A DNA stretch of 64,000 nucleotides, from assembly GCF_009914755.1 (NCBI RefSeq), contig NC_060935.1; one strand, given 5' to 3'. Below the pieces are notes generated by a model. The model saw only the letters and a program-made list of their open reading frames with translations, was not told the DNA's origin and ran no database searches. Source of the DNA: the human T2T-CHM13v2.0 reference genome, Homo sapiens. This document shows, piece by piece, positions 13,337 through 25,100 of the stretch (its first letter is position 1; the number at the start of each line of letters is the position of its first letter). Position numbers and translations under genes: made by a program.

Positions 13337-14342
13337 TTAATGTGGTTGCCCTTTCTCACCCACACAAGAAAAAGGATGGAACAGATCATGAGATTTGACT
13401 GCTCTGCTGTGCAGCCTCCGCAGGGCACTTTGTATGTCCCTGTTTCTCAGGCTGTAGATGAAAAGGTTCAGCATGGGGGTGACCACAGCGTACATCACTG
13501 ACACCATCACACCATTCCTGGGGGGTGCTGACACAGCTGAAGTCAGGTACACACCAATGCCTGTTCCATAAAATCAGCAAACAGCTGCTAGGTGAGAGCC
13601 ACAGGTGAAGAAGGCTTTATACTTCCCATCTGATGATGAAATCCTTAGAATGGAGGGGATGATTTTATAGTAAGACAAAAGGATCCCTGGAATGGGAAGA
13701 AAACCAAACATAGTACTATCGAAATATATGAATATGCTATTGATGACGCTGTCAGAACAGGCAAGTTTGAGAAGTTGAGAGGGGTCACAGACAAAATTAG
13801 AGATTTCCACATTCTTGATGATGGTGAATTGTAACACAATCCAACTGTGCAGCTGGGAATCCAACAAGCTAAGGAAAAAGGACACCAAAAAGAAGAAGAC
13901 ACAGAGCTGAGGATTCACAATGACTGGGTAGTGCAGAGGACGACAGATGGCTACAAAGTAGTCATAGGCCATCACAGTCAGGAGCATGCCTTCTATACAT
14001 GCAAAAAGGACCAAGAAAGATATCTGCGTCAGGCAGCCCGCATGAGAGATGACTCTGCTATGTGACTGCATGTCCACAATCATCTTGGGAACCGTGGCCG
14101 AGGTGAAACCGATGTCAGCCCAGCACAGCTTGGAGAGGAAGAAGTACATGGGGGTGTGGAGGGGGGAGTCAGAGCTGACAGCCAGGATGCTGAGCAGGTT
14201 CCTCAGCACCGTGACCAGATACATGGACAGGGACAGGGACAGCAAAGTGAGGATAGGCTGCAGTTCTGGGTCCTCTGAGAGTCCCAGGAGGAGGAATTCT
14301 CGGACACCTGTGAGATTCCGTGGCCCTGTGTGTCTTGGACAC
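13337..14342 (-). pseudogene. Olfactory receptor pseudogene, OR7E subfamily (copy 1)
   Basis: [61 protein letters not shown]; premature TGA at 13576-13574; no N-terminal ATG. Confidence 0.95.
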
Positions 14343-14973
14343 CTTGAGAAGGAAAGAGGATTGGAAAAATAACAGATAAAAACCAGCCCTTAATGCTGGA
14401 TGCAAGCAATTCACAAGGAACATCTTCACACTTGCGGACATACACCGCTAGCAATGTTTCTCAGTTGTGACAATTCCAAAAATCTCAGAATTATTATGTG
14501 ATTTACTTTTTTGCTATACAAAGCTTTCTGTACATACTACTTTAGAGAAAATCCACTGAAGAATATTAGAAGACCAAAACATCATATATAACAAATCAGT
14601 GATCTCAGTAAAATACGGCCTACTCTTTTCAGAAAAAATACAATGCAATGACAATGTCCTTCTCTCTTTAAGAGAAACATCTCAGTCTAATTGAAAGGAA
14701 TTAAGAAGCCATGAAATACTCTCTACTTTATTCGGACCCGTGCTACAACTTCCATTGATGTAGAATATGTAAAAGGACGACACAAGAGCTAGGACCCCAT
14801 TATCTGAAAACGACATCGAACCTTATAGTTCTCAATCGGAAGACCTTTTCCCATGCCTGTTACTTTTCATATTTATTATCATCCTTCGGTTTTCTGACAT
14901 CATTTCTTCATAAAAGTACATGCACACTCAAAGATGGGAGCTGTGTTTCCAAATGAATTGAATCTATAACTCT

Positions 14974-15192
14974 TGGCCCAGCACCATGGCTCACACCTGT
15001 AATCCCAGCACTTTGGGCGGCCGAGGCTGATGCATCACCTGAGGTCAGGAGTTCCAGACCAGCCTGGCCAACGTGGTGAAACCCCATCTCCAGTGAAAAT
15101 TAAAAAAAATTAGCCGGGTGTGGTGGCGGCTAACCCTAGCTACTCGGGAGGCTGAATCAGGAGAATCCCTTAGAACCTGGAAGGCAGAGATT
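14974..15192 (+). mobile_element. Alu truncated at its 3' end and fused to satellite
   Basis: Alu runs to gaacctggaaggcagagatt, then changes directly to acaccctgtgata satellite; no tail. Confidence 0.88.
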
Positions 15193-17700
15193 AGACACCC
15201 TGTGATAGGATTTTTGATATCCTGGGGGGATATTGCTCCTGACAGCAGAGTGGGCATACACCCTGTGATGTTATTTGTAATATCCTAGAAAGATATTGCT
15301 CCTAATATCATGGTGGCTCTACACCCTGTGATCTTAATTGTAATATCCTACAGAGATATTACTCCTAATAATACAGTGGGTGTACACCCTGTGATATTAT
15401 TCATAATATATTACAGAGATACGACTCCTGATATCACAGTGAGTGTACACCATGTTTGTACACCCTGTGATCTTATTTGTAACAACTTAGAAAAATATTA
15501 CAGCTAATATCAAACTGGGTGTACACCCTGCGATGTTATTTGTTATCTACTAGGTAGATATTCCTCCTAATATCACAGTGAGTGTACACCATGTGTGTAC
15601 AGACTGTAAAATTACTCATAATACCCTAGGAAGATATTACTCCTCATATCACAGTGGCTGTACACCGTGAGTGATATTTTTTTCTAATATCTAGTGGGGG
15701 AGAGGATGATATTGCTTCCAATATCACAGAAGGTGTACACCCCCTGTGATATTGTTCCTAATATCCAGGGAAGGAGAGGATGACATTATTCGCAATATCA
15801 CTGGGGGTGTACTACCTCCCGCCGGTATATTTTTCTTAATATCCGGAGGTGGAGAGAATGATGTTACTCCCAATATCACAGGGGGTGTACACCACCCCTG
15901 TTTGTAGACACCCCCTGTGATATTGTTCCAAATGGCCTGTGAAAGAGTAAACATGACTCCCATTATCGCGGGGGGTGTTCAGCCCTGATGATATTGTTTT
16001 CTAACATCCAGGGAAGGAGAGTATGCTATTACTCCCAATATCGCAGGGGTTGTACACCCTTTTGTGTTTTTGTGCCCAATATCCAGGAAAATAGAGGATG
16101 ATATTACTCCCAATGTCGAAGTAATTGTACAGCACCCCTGTGATATTCTTCCTAATATCCAGAAAGGAAAAGAATGATATTTCTCCCAACAGCGTAGCAA
16201 ACGTATACCCGCACTGTGGTATCTTTCCCAGTGTCCAGGTGGGCAGAGGATCATATTACTTCCAATCTCGCAGGGTGTCTACACCCCCTCTGTGATCTCG
16301 TTGCTAACATCCAGGTTTGGGGAGGACGACATTACTCCCAATATCGCAGGGGGAGTACACCCCCTGTGACCTCGTTAGTCATTTCCTGGGTGGAGAGGAT
16401 GATCTTACTCCCAATATCGCAGGGGGTGTACACACCCCTGTGAAAATCTTCCTATTTTCAGAGGGAGAGAGGATGATATTACTCCCAGTACCGCAGGGGG
16501 TTTACACAGCCCTGTGATCCTCTTCCTAATATCCACAGGGAGAGAGGATGATATGACTACCAATATCGCAGGGGGGGTACACAACCCTGTGATATTGTTC
16601 CTAACATCCAGAGCGAAAGAGGATGATATAACTCTCAATATCGCAGGGGGTGCACACCCCTCCTGTAATATTGTTCTGAATACCCTGGGAGGGAGAGGAT
16701 AAGGTTACGTTGAATATCGCAGGGAATGTACACCCTCCCCCTCTGATGCCCTTCTTAATATCCAGGGGAAGAGAGGAAAATTTCACTCCCAATATCACAC
16801 AGGCAGTACACCCCACCTGTGATGTTGTTCCCAATATGCAAGGGGGAGAGGATGATACTACTCTCAATATCGCAGGGCTGTTCACATCCCCAGTGACATT
16901 TTTTTCCTAATATCTAGGGGAGAGACCATTATATGACAGCAACGGTTGCAGGGTCTGTACATCTGTTCCTTATATTGTTCCTAATATCCAGGGGGAAAGA
17001 GGATGATATAAAATATGAAAGGGGGTGTACATCCCCCACCCCTACGATATTGTTCTTAATAATCGTGAGGGGAGATGATGATATTACTCCAAATATTGCA
17101 GGGGTTGTTCACAACCCCCTGTGATATTGTTTCTGATATCCAGGGGGGGAGAAAATCATGTTACTTCCAATATTGCAGGTGGTGTATTCCCCACCTGAAA
17201 TATGGCACCGAATATCCAAAGAGGGAGAGGATGGATATCATACCAATATCGAAGTGTGTGTACACGCCCCTTGTGATATGGTTTTTAATATCCAGTGGGC
17301 GGGAGGATGATATTAGTCCCAACATCCCAGAGGGTGTACACTACCCCTGTGATATTGTCCCTAACTTCCAGAGGGGAGAGGATGATATCACTCCCAATAT
17401 CTCAGAAGTTGTACATTCCCCGTGATATTGTTCGTCATATCCAGGGAGGCACAGGATGACATTCCATTGAATTTCACCACAGGCGTACACGCACAGTGTG
17501 ATATTGTTCCTAATATTCAGGAAGGGAGAGGATGATATTACTCCCAATAAAGCAGTGGGTGTACATCACCCCTGTGTTATTGTCTCTAATATCCGGGGCT
17601 GGGGGAGGAGGGGAGAGGATAATATTCCCTCAAATTTAGCAGGTGTCTTGATCCCCCTTGTGGTGTTGTTTTAAATATCCAGTGGGGAAGACAATAGTAC
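15193..17700. repeat. SATR1/SATR2-type satellite block (left)
   Basis: Degenerate ~65-80-bp units gatattactcc(c/t)aatatc(g/a)cagggggtgtacaccccctgtgatattgttcctaatatcc. Confidence 0.88.
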
Positions 17701-20700
17701 TATTTTTGATAGTCCGATTCATCCGCTCCACCTTTCCGGAACTCTGAGGCCGGGAGGCGGCATGCAGTTTCCGTGTGATCCCCAATACCTTTGCCGTCTT
17801 CTCTACCAAGGCAGCCAAAAACCCAGGCCCATTTTCTGAGCCAGTCCGTAAGGGCGGTCGAAATCTAGGAATCAGATCTCGAAGAAGCACAGGGGTTACT
17901 TCACGAGCTTTCTCAGTTCATGTTGGATAGGCCTCCACCCACCCAGAGTGGGTACACACAAGAACTAGTAAATACTTGTTACCTCCACACTTTGGCATCT
18001 CTGTGAAGTCCACCTGGAGATCTTCAAAGGGGGCTGCTCCATAAGCTCATATGCCGGGCGGAACAGCTGGACCTTGCCTCGCATCATGCTGTCGGCAGGT
18101 AACACACCGCTGCCTCACCGTTTTGGCAAGGGCTGACAAAGGTGAGATGTAGAAATACCGGCCTAACAACTTTTCCAGTGACTCCTGACCTCGATGGGTG
18201 GTTTCTTGCACAGCCAGTACAACTGCAGCTCCTGGCAGCTGTGGCACAGCTACTCTCCCATCTGGTAACCGAATCCATCCTTCCTCCATCACTTGTCCTC
18301 CCTCTACCTGGAGAAAGTCCTTTTCTTCTTTAGAAGAAGTAGGTCCAAGATCAGGTGCCTGAGGGAGCCCTGATGCCCAGAAGGGGGAAGATGCTGCTTT
18401 TGGAGCCTCTGAGTCAGTGCGGGAATTCCCCAAACCCAGCAAGGTGGAAGCTCGCTGGTGTCCTCTGCAATGCATAACTGCCACCTTGCGGGGTTTCCAT
18501 ACTGCTTCTAATCATTGCAAGATTTCCTGTTGATATTTTCTGTCTTTTCCCCCGGAGTTCAATAGGCCCTTTTCTTTCTATCATGGTCCATGCACTTGAA
18601 GGGTTAAAGACATACTGAGAATCAGTGTAAATGTTGACAGTCTCACCCTCACTGAGTTCTAAGGCCCGAATGAAAGCAATGAGTTCAGCTTTCTGGGCTG
18701 AGGTGGCCTGGGGCAACGATCTGGCTTCAGCAACAGTGTCCAGGGTTATCACTGCATACCCTGCACCTCTCTCTCCTTGGGAGTTGAAGAAGCTGCTCCC
18801 ATCCACGTATAGTTCCCAGTCTACTGATGCCCAAGGCTGGCCCCAGAGGTCAGGTCTGCTAGAGTCAATTGCGTCCAACACTTCTACACCATCAGGCTCG
18901 ACAGGGCTCTCTGATACTGGGAGCAAGGTGGCGGGGTGTAGGCTGTTACAAACTTCAATGGTTATACGGGGATTTTCACAGAATAAAGCTTGGTACTTGG
19001 TGAGTGTGGCATTCATTAGCCAATGATGTCCTTTAGTATTCATTAAAGTCACCACAGCATGGGAGGCCTTTATGTTCAGGTTTTGCCCAAGAGTCAGCTT
19101 ATTTGCTTCTTGTACTAGCAGGGCAGTTGCTGCCAAGGCCCTCCAACAGGGGAGCCATCCTTTAGAAACCCCGTCTAGTTGTTGAGAGAGGTAGGCCACT
19201 GGCCTCAGCCAGGGCCCCACAGTTTGGGTTCAAAGTCCAGCTGCCATCTTTTCTCTCTCTGATGCATACAATGGAAAAGGCTTTGTCATATCGGGTAGCC
19301 CCAGGGCTGGGGCTGCCAGAAGTTTTTCCTTTAACTCATGAAAGACTTGCTGTTGTTGGGATCCACATTCCAAAGGTTCCTGGTCCCCGCCCCCTTGGTG
19401 ACCTCACACAAAGGCTTGGCTAATACTGCAAAGTTTGGGATCCACAGTCTACAAAACCCCACAGCTCCTAAGAATTCTCTCCTGCCTTCTGCTCTTAGGC
19501 TCCGCTAGATTGCAAATGACCTGCTTTCTTTCTGATCCCGGGCTGCGTTCCGACCCCTGTCTGATAGTAAATCCCAAGAAATGTACCTGCTGTCGGCAGA
19601 TCTGAGCTTTCTTCTTGGATACCTTCTACCCACAGTCCTCCAGGTGCCAGTGTAGGGAATCGGTTCCCTTGGTACACCCGACTGCCGTGGGGTGTCCCAG
19701 CAGAAGGTCATCAACCTACTGGAGCAACACGCAGCCTAGGTCTCTCCTGGGAAACTTCTGGAGGTCTCGAGCCCACGCCTCCCCGAAGATGGTGGGGGAG
19801 TTCTTGAACCCTTGGGGAAGACCAGTCCAAGTGTACTGAGTAGTGAAACCTGACTCCGGATCTTCCCACTGAAAGGCAAACAGCTTCTGCCTCTCAGGGG
19901 CTAATCTGATAGGAAAGAAAGCGTCTTTCAGGTCCAAGCAGGTGAACCTGCTGTCCTCAGCTGGCAGCAACCCCAACAATGTGGACGGCTTAGGTACTGC
20001 TGGATGTAAAGTCAGTGTAGCTTGATGAAGCAAGTGCAAATCCTTTACCTGCCGGTAGTCCTTGGTCCGTGGCTTTGAAACAGGCAGGAGGGGAGTGTTC
20101 CATGGAGACTGACAAGGAACAATAATTCCCAAAGTTCTTAGGTGCTTGAGATGGACCTGGATACCTTGAAGGGCTTCTCTGGGGACCAGGTCCTGTTTTT
20201 GCCTCACCGGCTGGGCCCCAGTCTTAACTGGCCAATCCTGGAGGGTTGTCTTCTGCCCCTACTCTTGGCCACCGCTTAGCCAGAGCTGGTCTTCTCTCTT
20301 GGCCCGGCTCAGTTAAGAAAAGTCTCCATTCCTCCTCTCGAGGGACCATAAGGGTCATAATGACTCCAGTTCTGGGTAACTTTAGCAGCAAAGATCCATG
20401 CTCTGTCAAAGAGTTAGTGGCTCTCAGCTTGCTGAGCAAGTCCCTTCCCAAAAAGGTCAAGGGACAGTCAGGCATGTACCAAAACTGATGAATGACTTTA
20501 TGTCCTCCTACAGTACAAGTCCGAGACAAGCAGAAAGCTAGCTTTGCTGAAACCCCCGTGGCTCCGATGACGTCAATAGTCTTTTTGGATAAGGGGGCGA
20601 CCGGGGCGGTTACTAGCGAATGTTCAGCACCGCTATCTACAAGAAAGTCAATGTCTCCACCCCCGACTGTCATTCTGAGCAGAGGCTCTTTGGGGACGCT

Positions 20701-21785
20701 TGAGCCGGGTCTCCCTCAGTCCAAGAACCCTTCTGCCAGGTTGAGCAGGGCCCCTTCCTCCTTGTCCGGGGCCTCCTGCTCTGAGTCACCTTGTTTTCTT
20801 TTGAGCTCAGGGCATTTGTTCTTCCACTGTCCTATTTCTTTACAATCAGCACACTGGTTACGCTGCAAACTCTGACAGCCAAGCTGAGTTTCTTTCCCAG
20901 GGCCCCCCTTCCCTTGCCTCTTTGCGGGGGCCCCTCTGATTGCTGCAGCTGACAAACAGGTTGGCGTGTCACCGGGCCTGACCTCCATTCTCTTTGCCGT
21001 TTTCCTTAGGGCTTACTGCATCCCTGTTTACAAACACCTGGCTAGTTATTTCTAGTAATTGTGATGGATTCATCCCTGCAAGCCCAGCCTGTTTCTGCAG
21101 TTTTCTTCTCATGTCTTCTGCGCTTTGATGGACTAAAGCCATGTGAATCATGCACTGATTTTCAGGGCTATCGGGATCAAAGGGAGTATACATACGATAG
21201 GTCTCACACAGTCTCTGGTAGAATTGTGCTGGACTTTCTTCTTTTCCCTGAATGACCTCAGAGAGCTTGTTAACGTTTGTGGCCTTCTGAGCTCCCCTCA
21301 TTAATCCTTCCAGGAGAGCTTCCCTGTCTCGCTTTAGCCTTTGCATATCCTCTCTTTCATGTGGGTCCAACTGGGGGTCGGTTCCTGGCAACTGGGTCCT
21401 TCCATACTCTTGGGGGTTTTGATAATCAGCTGGTGCATGTTCCTCTAGCCACTTAGCTGCTGCTTGGCGGACTCTCCGCCTTTCTTCGCTGTTAAAGAGG
21501 AACAGGAGCAACTGGTGCCAATCAGCACAGGTGGGGTTGTGGTTCTGGATAAGAGCTTGGAGCAAATCAATTAGGGCTTGTGGCTTTTCGGTATAGGGCG
21601 GTGTACTGTTTTTCCAGTTGAGAAGGTCGACGCAGGTGAAGGGCTTGTACCCAAAAACACGCTTCTCCACCACGTGACCATCCTCATCTATCCCAGTATA
21701 CCGCTGCTCTCTCAGGGGCATTTGTGTCCCCGTTTTGGTTGGTAAACGAGCTGCCGAGGGAGGAGTGGAATGACACAATGTGACT
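17700..21785 (-). mobile_element. Gammaretroviral (class I, HERV-E-like) internal fragment: partial gag-pro-pol, defective, no LTRs
   Basis: CA/MHR (IQGKEESPAQFYQRL), degenerate zinc knuckle (CADCKEIGQWKNKC), protease FLVDSGA, RT LPQGFKNSP and LQ*VDD, RNase H YVDGSS/YTDS, integrase zinc finger and PQSSGKVERMNRT; several stops and frameshifts. Confidence 0.9.
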
Positions 21786-21791
21786 TACTGC

Positions 21792-22130
21792 AATTAATAA
21801 TCTCCATTATTAATTGACACTAGTAATTATCAATATTAATAACCCATAATATAATTTTAAAAATCAATACCGATAATAATGATAATTAATATTAAATAGT
21901 TATACTAATGATAACAATACATGATTTATATTACTGATTAATGACACCTGATATTAATAACTGATACTGACCTTATTAATTAGAAAACAGTCATATTAGC
22001 TCCTAATAATTAATATTAATATTAATAATGGGAAAACATTTTATTAGCAATTATTTCTTAATATGAATATTAATATCGGTCATTCATATTCATGTTAATA
22101 ATAAATGAGGAATAATTCATACTAATATTA
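21792..22130. repeat. Extremely AT-rich low-complexity spacer
   Basis: Repeated ttaataa/aatattaat motifs with few G or C. Confidence 0.85.
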
Positions 22131-25100
22131 CGCCCTAACACCTCAGTGGGTGTACACCAACATGTGATATTGCTCCTAATGTCCAGGGAGGGAGAGAGCA
22201 TGATATTACGTTCAATATCGCAGTAGGTGTACACCCAGCCGGTGATATCGATCCGAATATAATCTCCAGGGGGTGGAGTATGACGTTACTCCCAATATAG
22301 CACTGGGTGTGCATCCACCTGGTGATTTTGCTCCTAATATTCACGGAAGAAGAGAATGCTATTACTCCCAACATCGCAGGAAGTGTACACCCCCGTGTGA
22401 GATGGTCCTTAAAAATATTCCAAGGCGGAGGGGGTGATATGACTACATATATGGCAGAAAGAGGAAACCACCAAGGATATTGTTCCCATGATCCTGGAGG
22501 GAAGAGGATAATATTACTTTCAATATTACAGAAGGTGGACACGCCCCCAACTGATATTGTTTGTAATTGCAATCTGGGAGAGGAGGACCTGACACCCGAT
22601 ATCCCAGGGCGTAGAAATACCCCTGTGATACTGTTCCAAATATTCAGAGAGGAAGAGGATGATATTACTCTCAATACAGACGGGGGTACAACCTCTGTAC
22701 ACCCAGGGTGTACACCGGTCTGTGAAACAGTTCATAATCTTCAGAGGCGGAGATGATATTACTCACAATATGATAAAAATGCTGTGAGTCCACCTCGGGT
22801 CCTAAGAGCCAGGGGGGCAAGAGGGGCTGGCTCTTTAGTCCCCGCATCGCGGGGGGGGGCGCGGCGCCCCCCTGCGATGGGGGTCCTAAGAGCCAGGGGG
22901 GCAAGAGGGGCTGGAGAGGCGGGTGCTATTAGTCCCCGCATCGCGGGGGGCGCCTCGCCCCCCTGCGATTTGGATCGTAATATCCGGGGAGGAGAGGTGG
23001 GTGCTATTAGTCCCCGCATCGCGGGGGGCGCCTCGCCCCACTGCGATTTGGATCGTAATATCCGGGGAGGAGAGGCGGGTGCTATTAGTCCCAGCATCGC
23101 GGGGGGCGCCTCGCCCCCCTTCGATTTGGATCGTAACATCCGGGGAGGAGAGGCGGGTGCTATTAGTTCCCGCATCGCGCGGGGCGCCCTCACCCCCCTG
23201 TGATTTGGATCGTAATATCCAGTGGGGAGAGGCGGTTGCTGTTACTCCCCGCATCGCGGGGGGCGCTCTCACCCACCTGCGATGTGGCTGGTAACATCCA
23301 GTGGGGAGAGGGGCTGATATTACTCCCTTTCTCCTATTTTGTTTTCTCTACTGTCACACTTACTTAACACCCTGGGACATTATTTTCCATATTCTAGGAT
23401 GGTGTCACTGTTTAAGTCCCAGGGGTTATACACCCTGTGATATTATTCGTGGTATTGGCGCGAAATGTGAGTCCTTATTTCACAAGTCTCTACACACTCT
23501 GATATTATTCGCAATACCCTAGCGGTACGTTGATAATAATGCCACAATATGTGTACAGCTTGTGCTATTATTCTTAATCTCCTAAGGGGAAGTTGATTTT
23601 ATTGTCACACGGAGTATTTTCCCTTTGGTATGATTCGGAATATCCTGGAGGCATGTCACTCCTTATGTCACAGGGTTTGTACACCTTTTCAAATTACTCG
23701 TATTACCCTTATAAGATGTCACTCCTCATATCAGTGAGGGTGTACACTCTGTGATATTATCGTCATATTCTAGGGAAATGTTTCTTTTAATGTCACAGAT
23801 GTTGCACACCTTGTGAAATTATTCGTTATAATTTTGTTTGATGTGACTGCTAACGTCACACGGGGTGTACACATAGTGATATTACGTGTAATCTTCTATA
23901 GAAATGTTACTCGTAAATCACAGGTCCTGTACCCCCTTTAATATTCTTCATCTTATTCTAGGAAAACGTGACTACTAATGTCACAGGGCGTGTAGACCCT
24001 GTCATAAAATTCGTAATATCCCAGCGGGAGTTCACTACTAATTTCACAATGCGTGTACACCCTTTGATATTGTTCGTATTATCCTAAAGAGATGTGACTA
24101 CTGATGTCCCAATGCATGTACATTCTCTGATATTATTCCTTATATCCTCGGGGGATGTGACTTCTAATGTCACACGGCGTGTAGTCCCTGTGTTCTATTT
24201 CATAATATCCCAGGGCAATTGTACTGTTAATGACACAGGGGGTGTACACATTGTGATATTATTCATGATATTGTAGAAGGATGTTACTCCTAATGTCACA
24301 GGGGTGTACACCCTGTGATAGTATTCATAATTTCCCAGGGGTCTATACTCCTAATGTCACAGAAGATAACACACTGTGACATTATTTGTAATATTCTGGT
24401 GAGATGATTCTCCTAATATCACAGGAGGTGTATACCCTGTGATAGTATTCTTACTATTCTAGGGGGATGTCACTCGTAATGTCACAGGTGTCTTCCTTCT
24501 GTGATATTATTGAAAATATGCTAGCTGGATATTACTACTAGTGTCACAATGTGTGTACACCTTGTGATATTATTAGTAATATTCTGGGGGGATGATACCC
24601 CTAAAGTTACAGGGGTGTACACCGTGTGATATTCCTCCCAATATTGTAGGGGGATGTTACTCCTAATGTCACAGGGGGTGTACAGCCTTCGATATTATTT
24701 GCAATCTGATAGAGAGATATTACTTTAATGATCACAGTGGGTGTACACACATGGGCTACACCCACTGGGATAATATTTGTAATATCTTAGGGAGATATAA
24801 CTCCTAATATCACAGTGGGTGTACCCCATGTGTGTACATCCTGTGATATTATTTGTAATATCCATTGTAAACATTACTTCTAGTATCCCACAGAGGGTAC
24901 ACCCTGTGATATTTTTCATAATATCATAGGGAGATACTGTTTCTAATAAAACAGTGGGTGTACACCATGTGTGTACACTCTGTGATGTGATAGCTTATAT
25001 CCTAGGGAGATATTCCTTCTAATCTCACAGTGAGTGTAAACCCTGTGACATCATACATAATCTCCTAGAAAGATATTGCTGCTAATATCACAGAGGGTGT

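Noticed and set aside
20969-21778. 269-aa capsid ORF as a domesticated Gag gene
   Set aside because: Non-ATG start at the truncation edge, a frameshift before NC, no promoter or LTR; consistent with neutral decay.
22759-23294. ORFs with 26-aa repeats on both strands
   Set aside because: A consequence of a 78-bp (multiple of 3) GC-rich tandem unit; no independent coding evidence.
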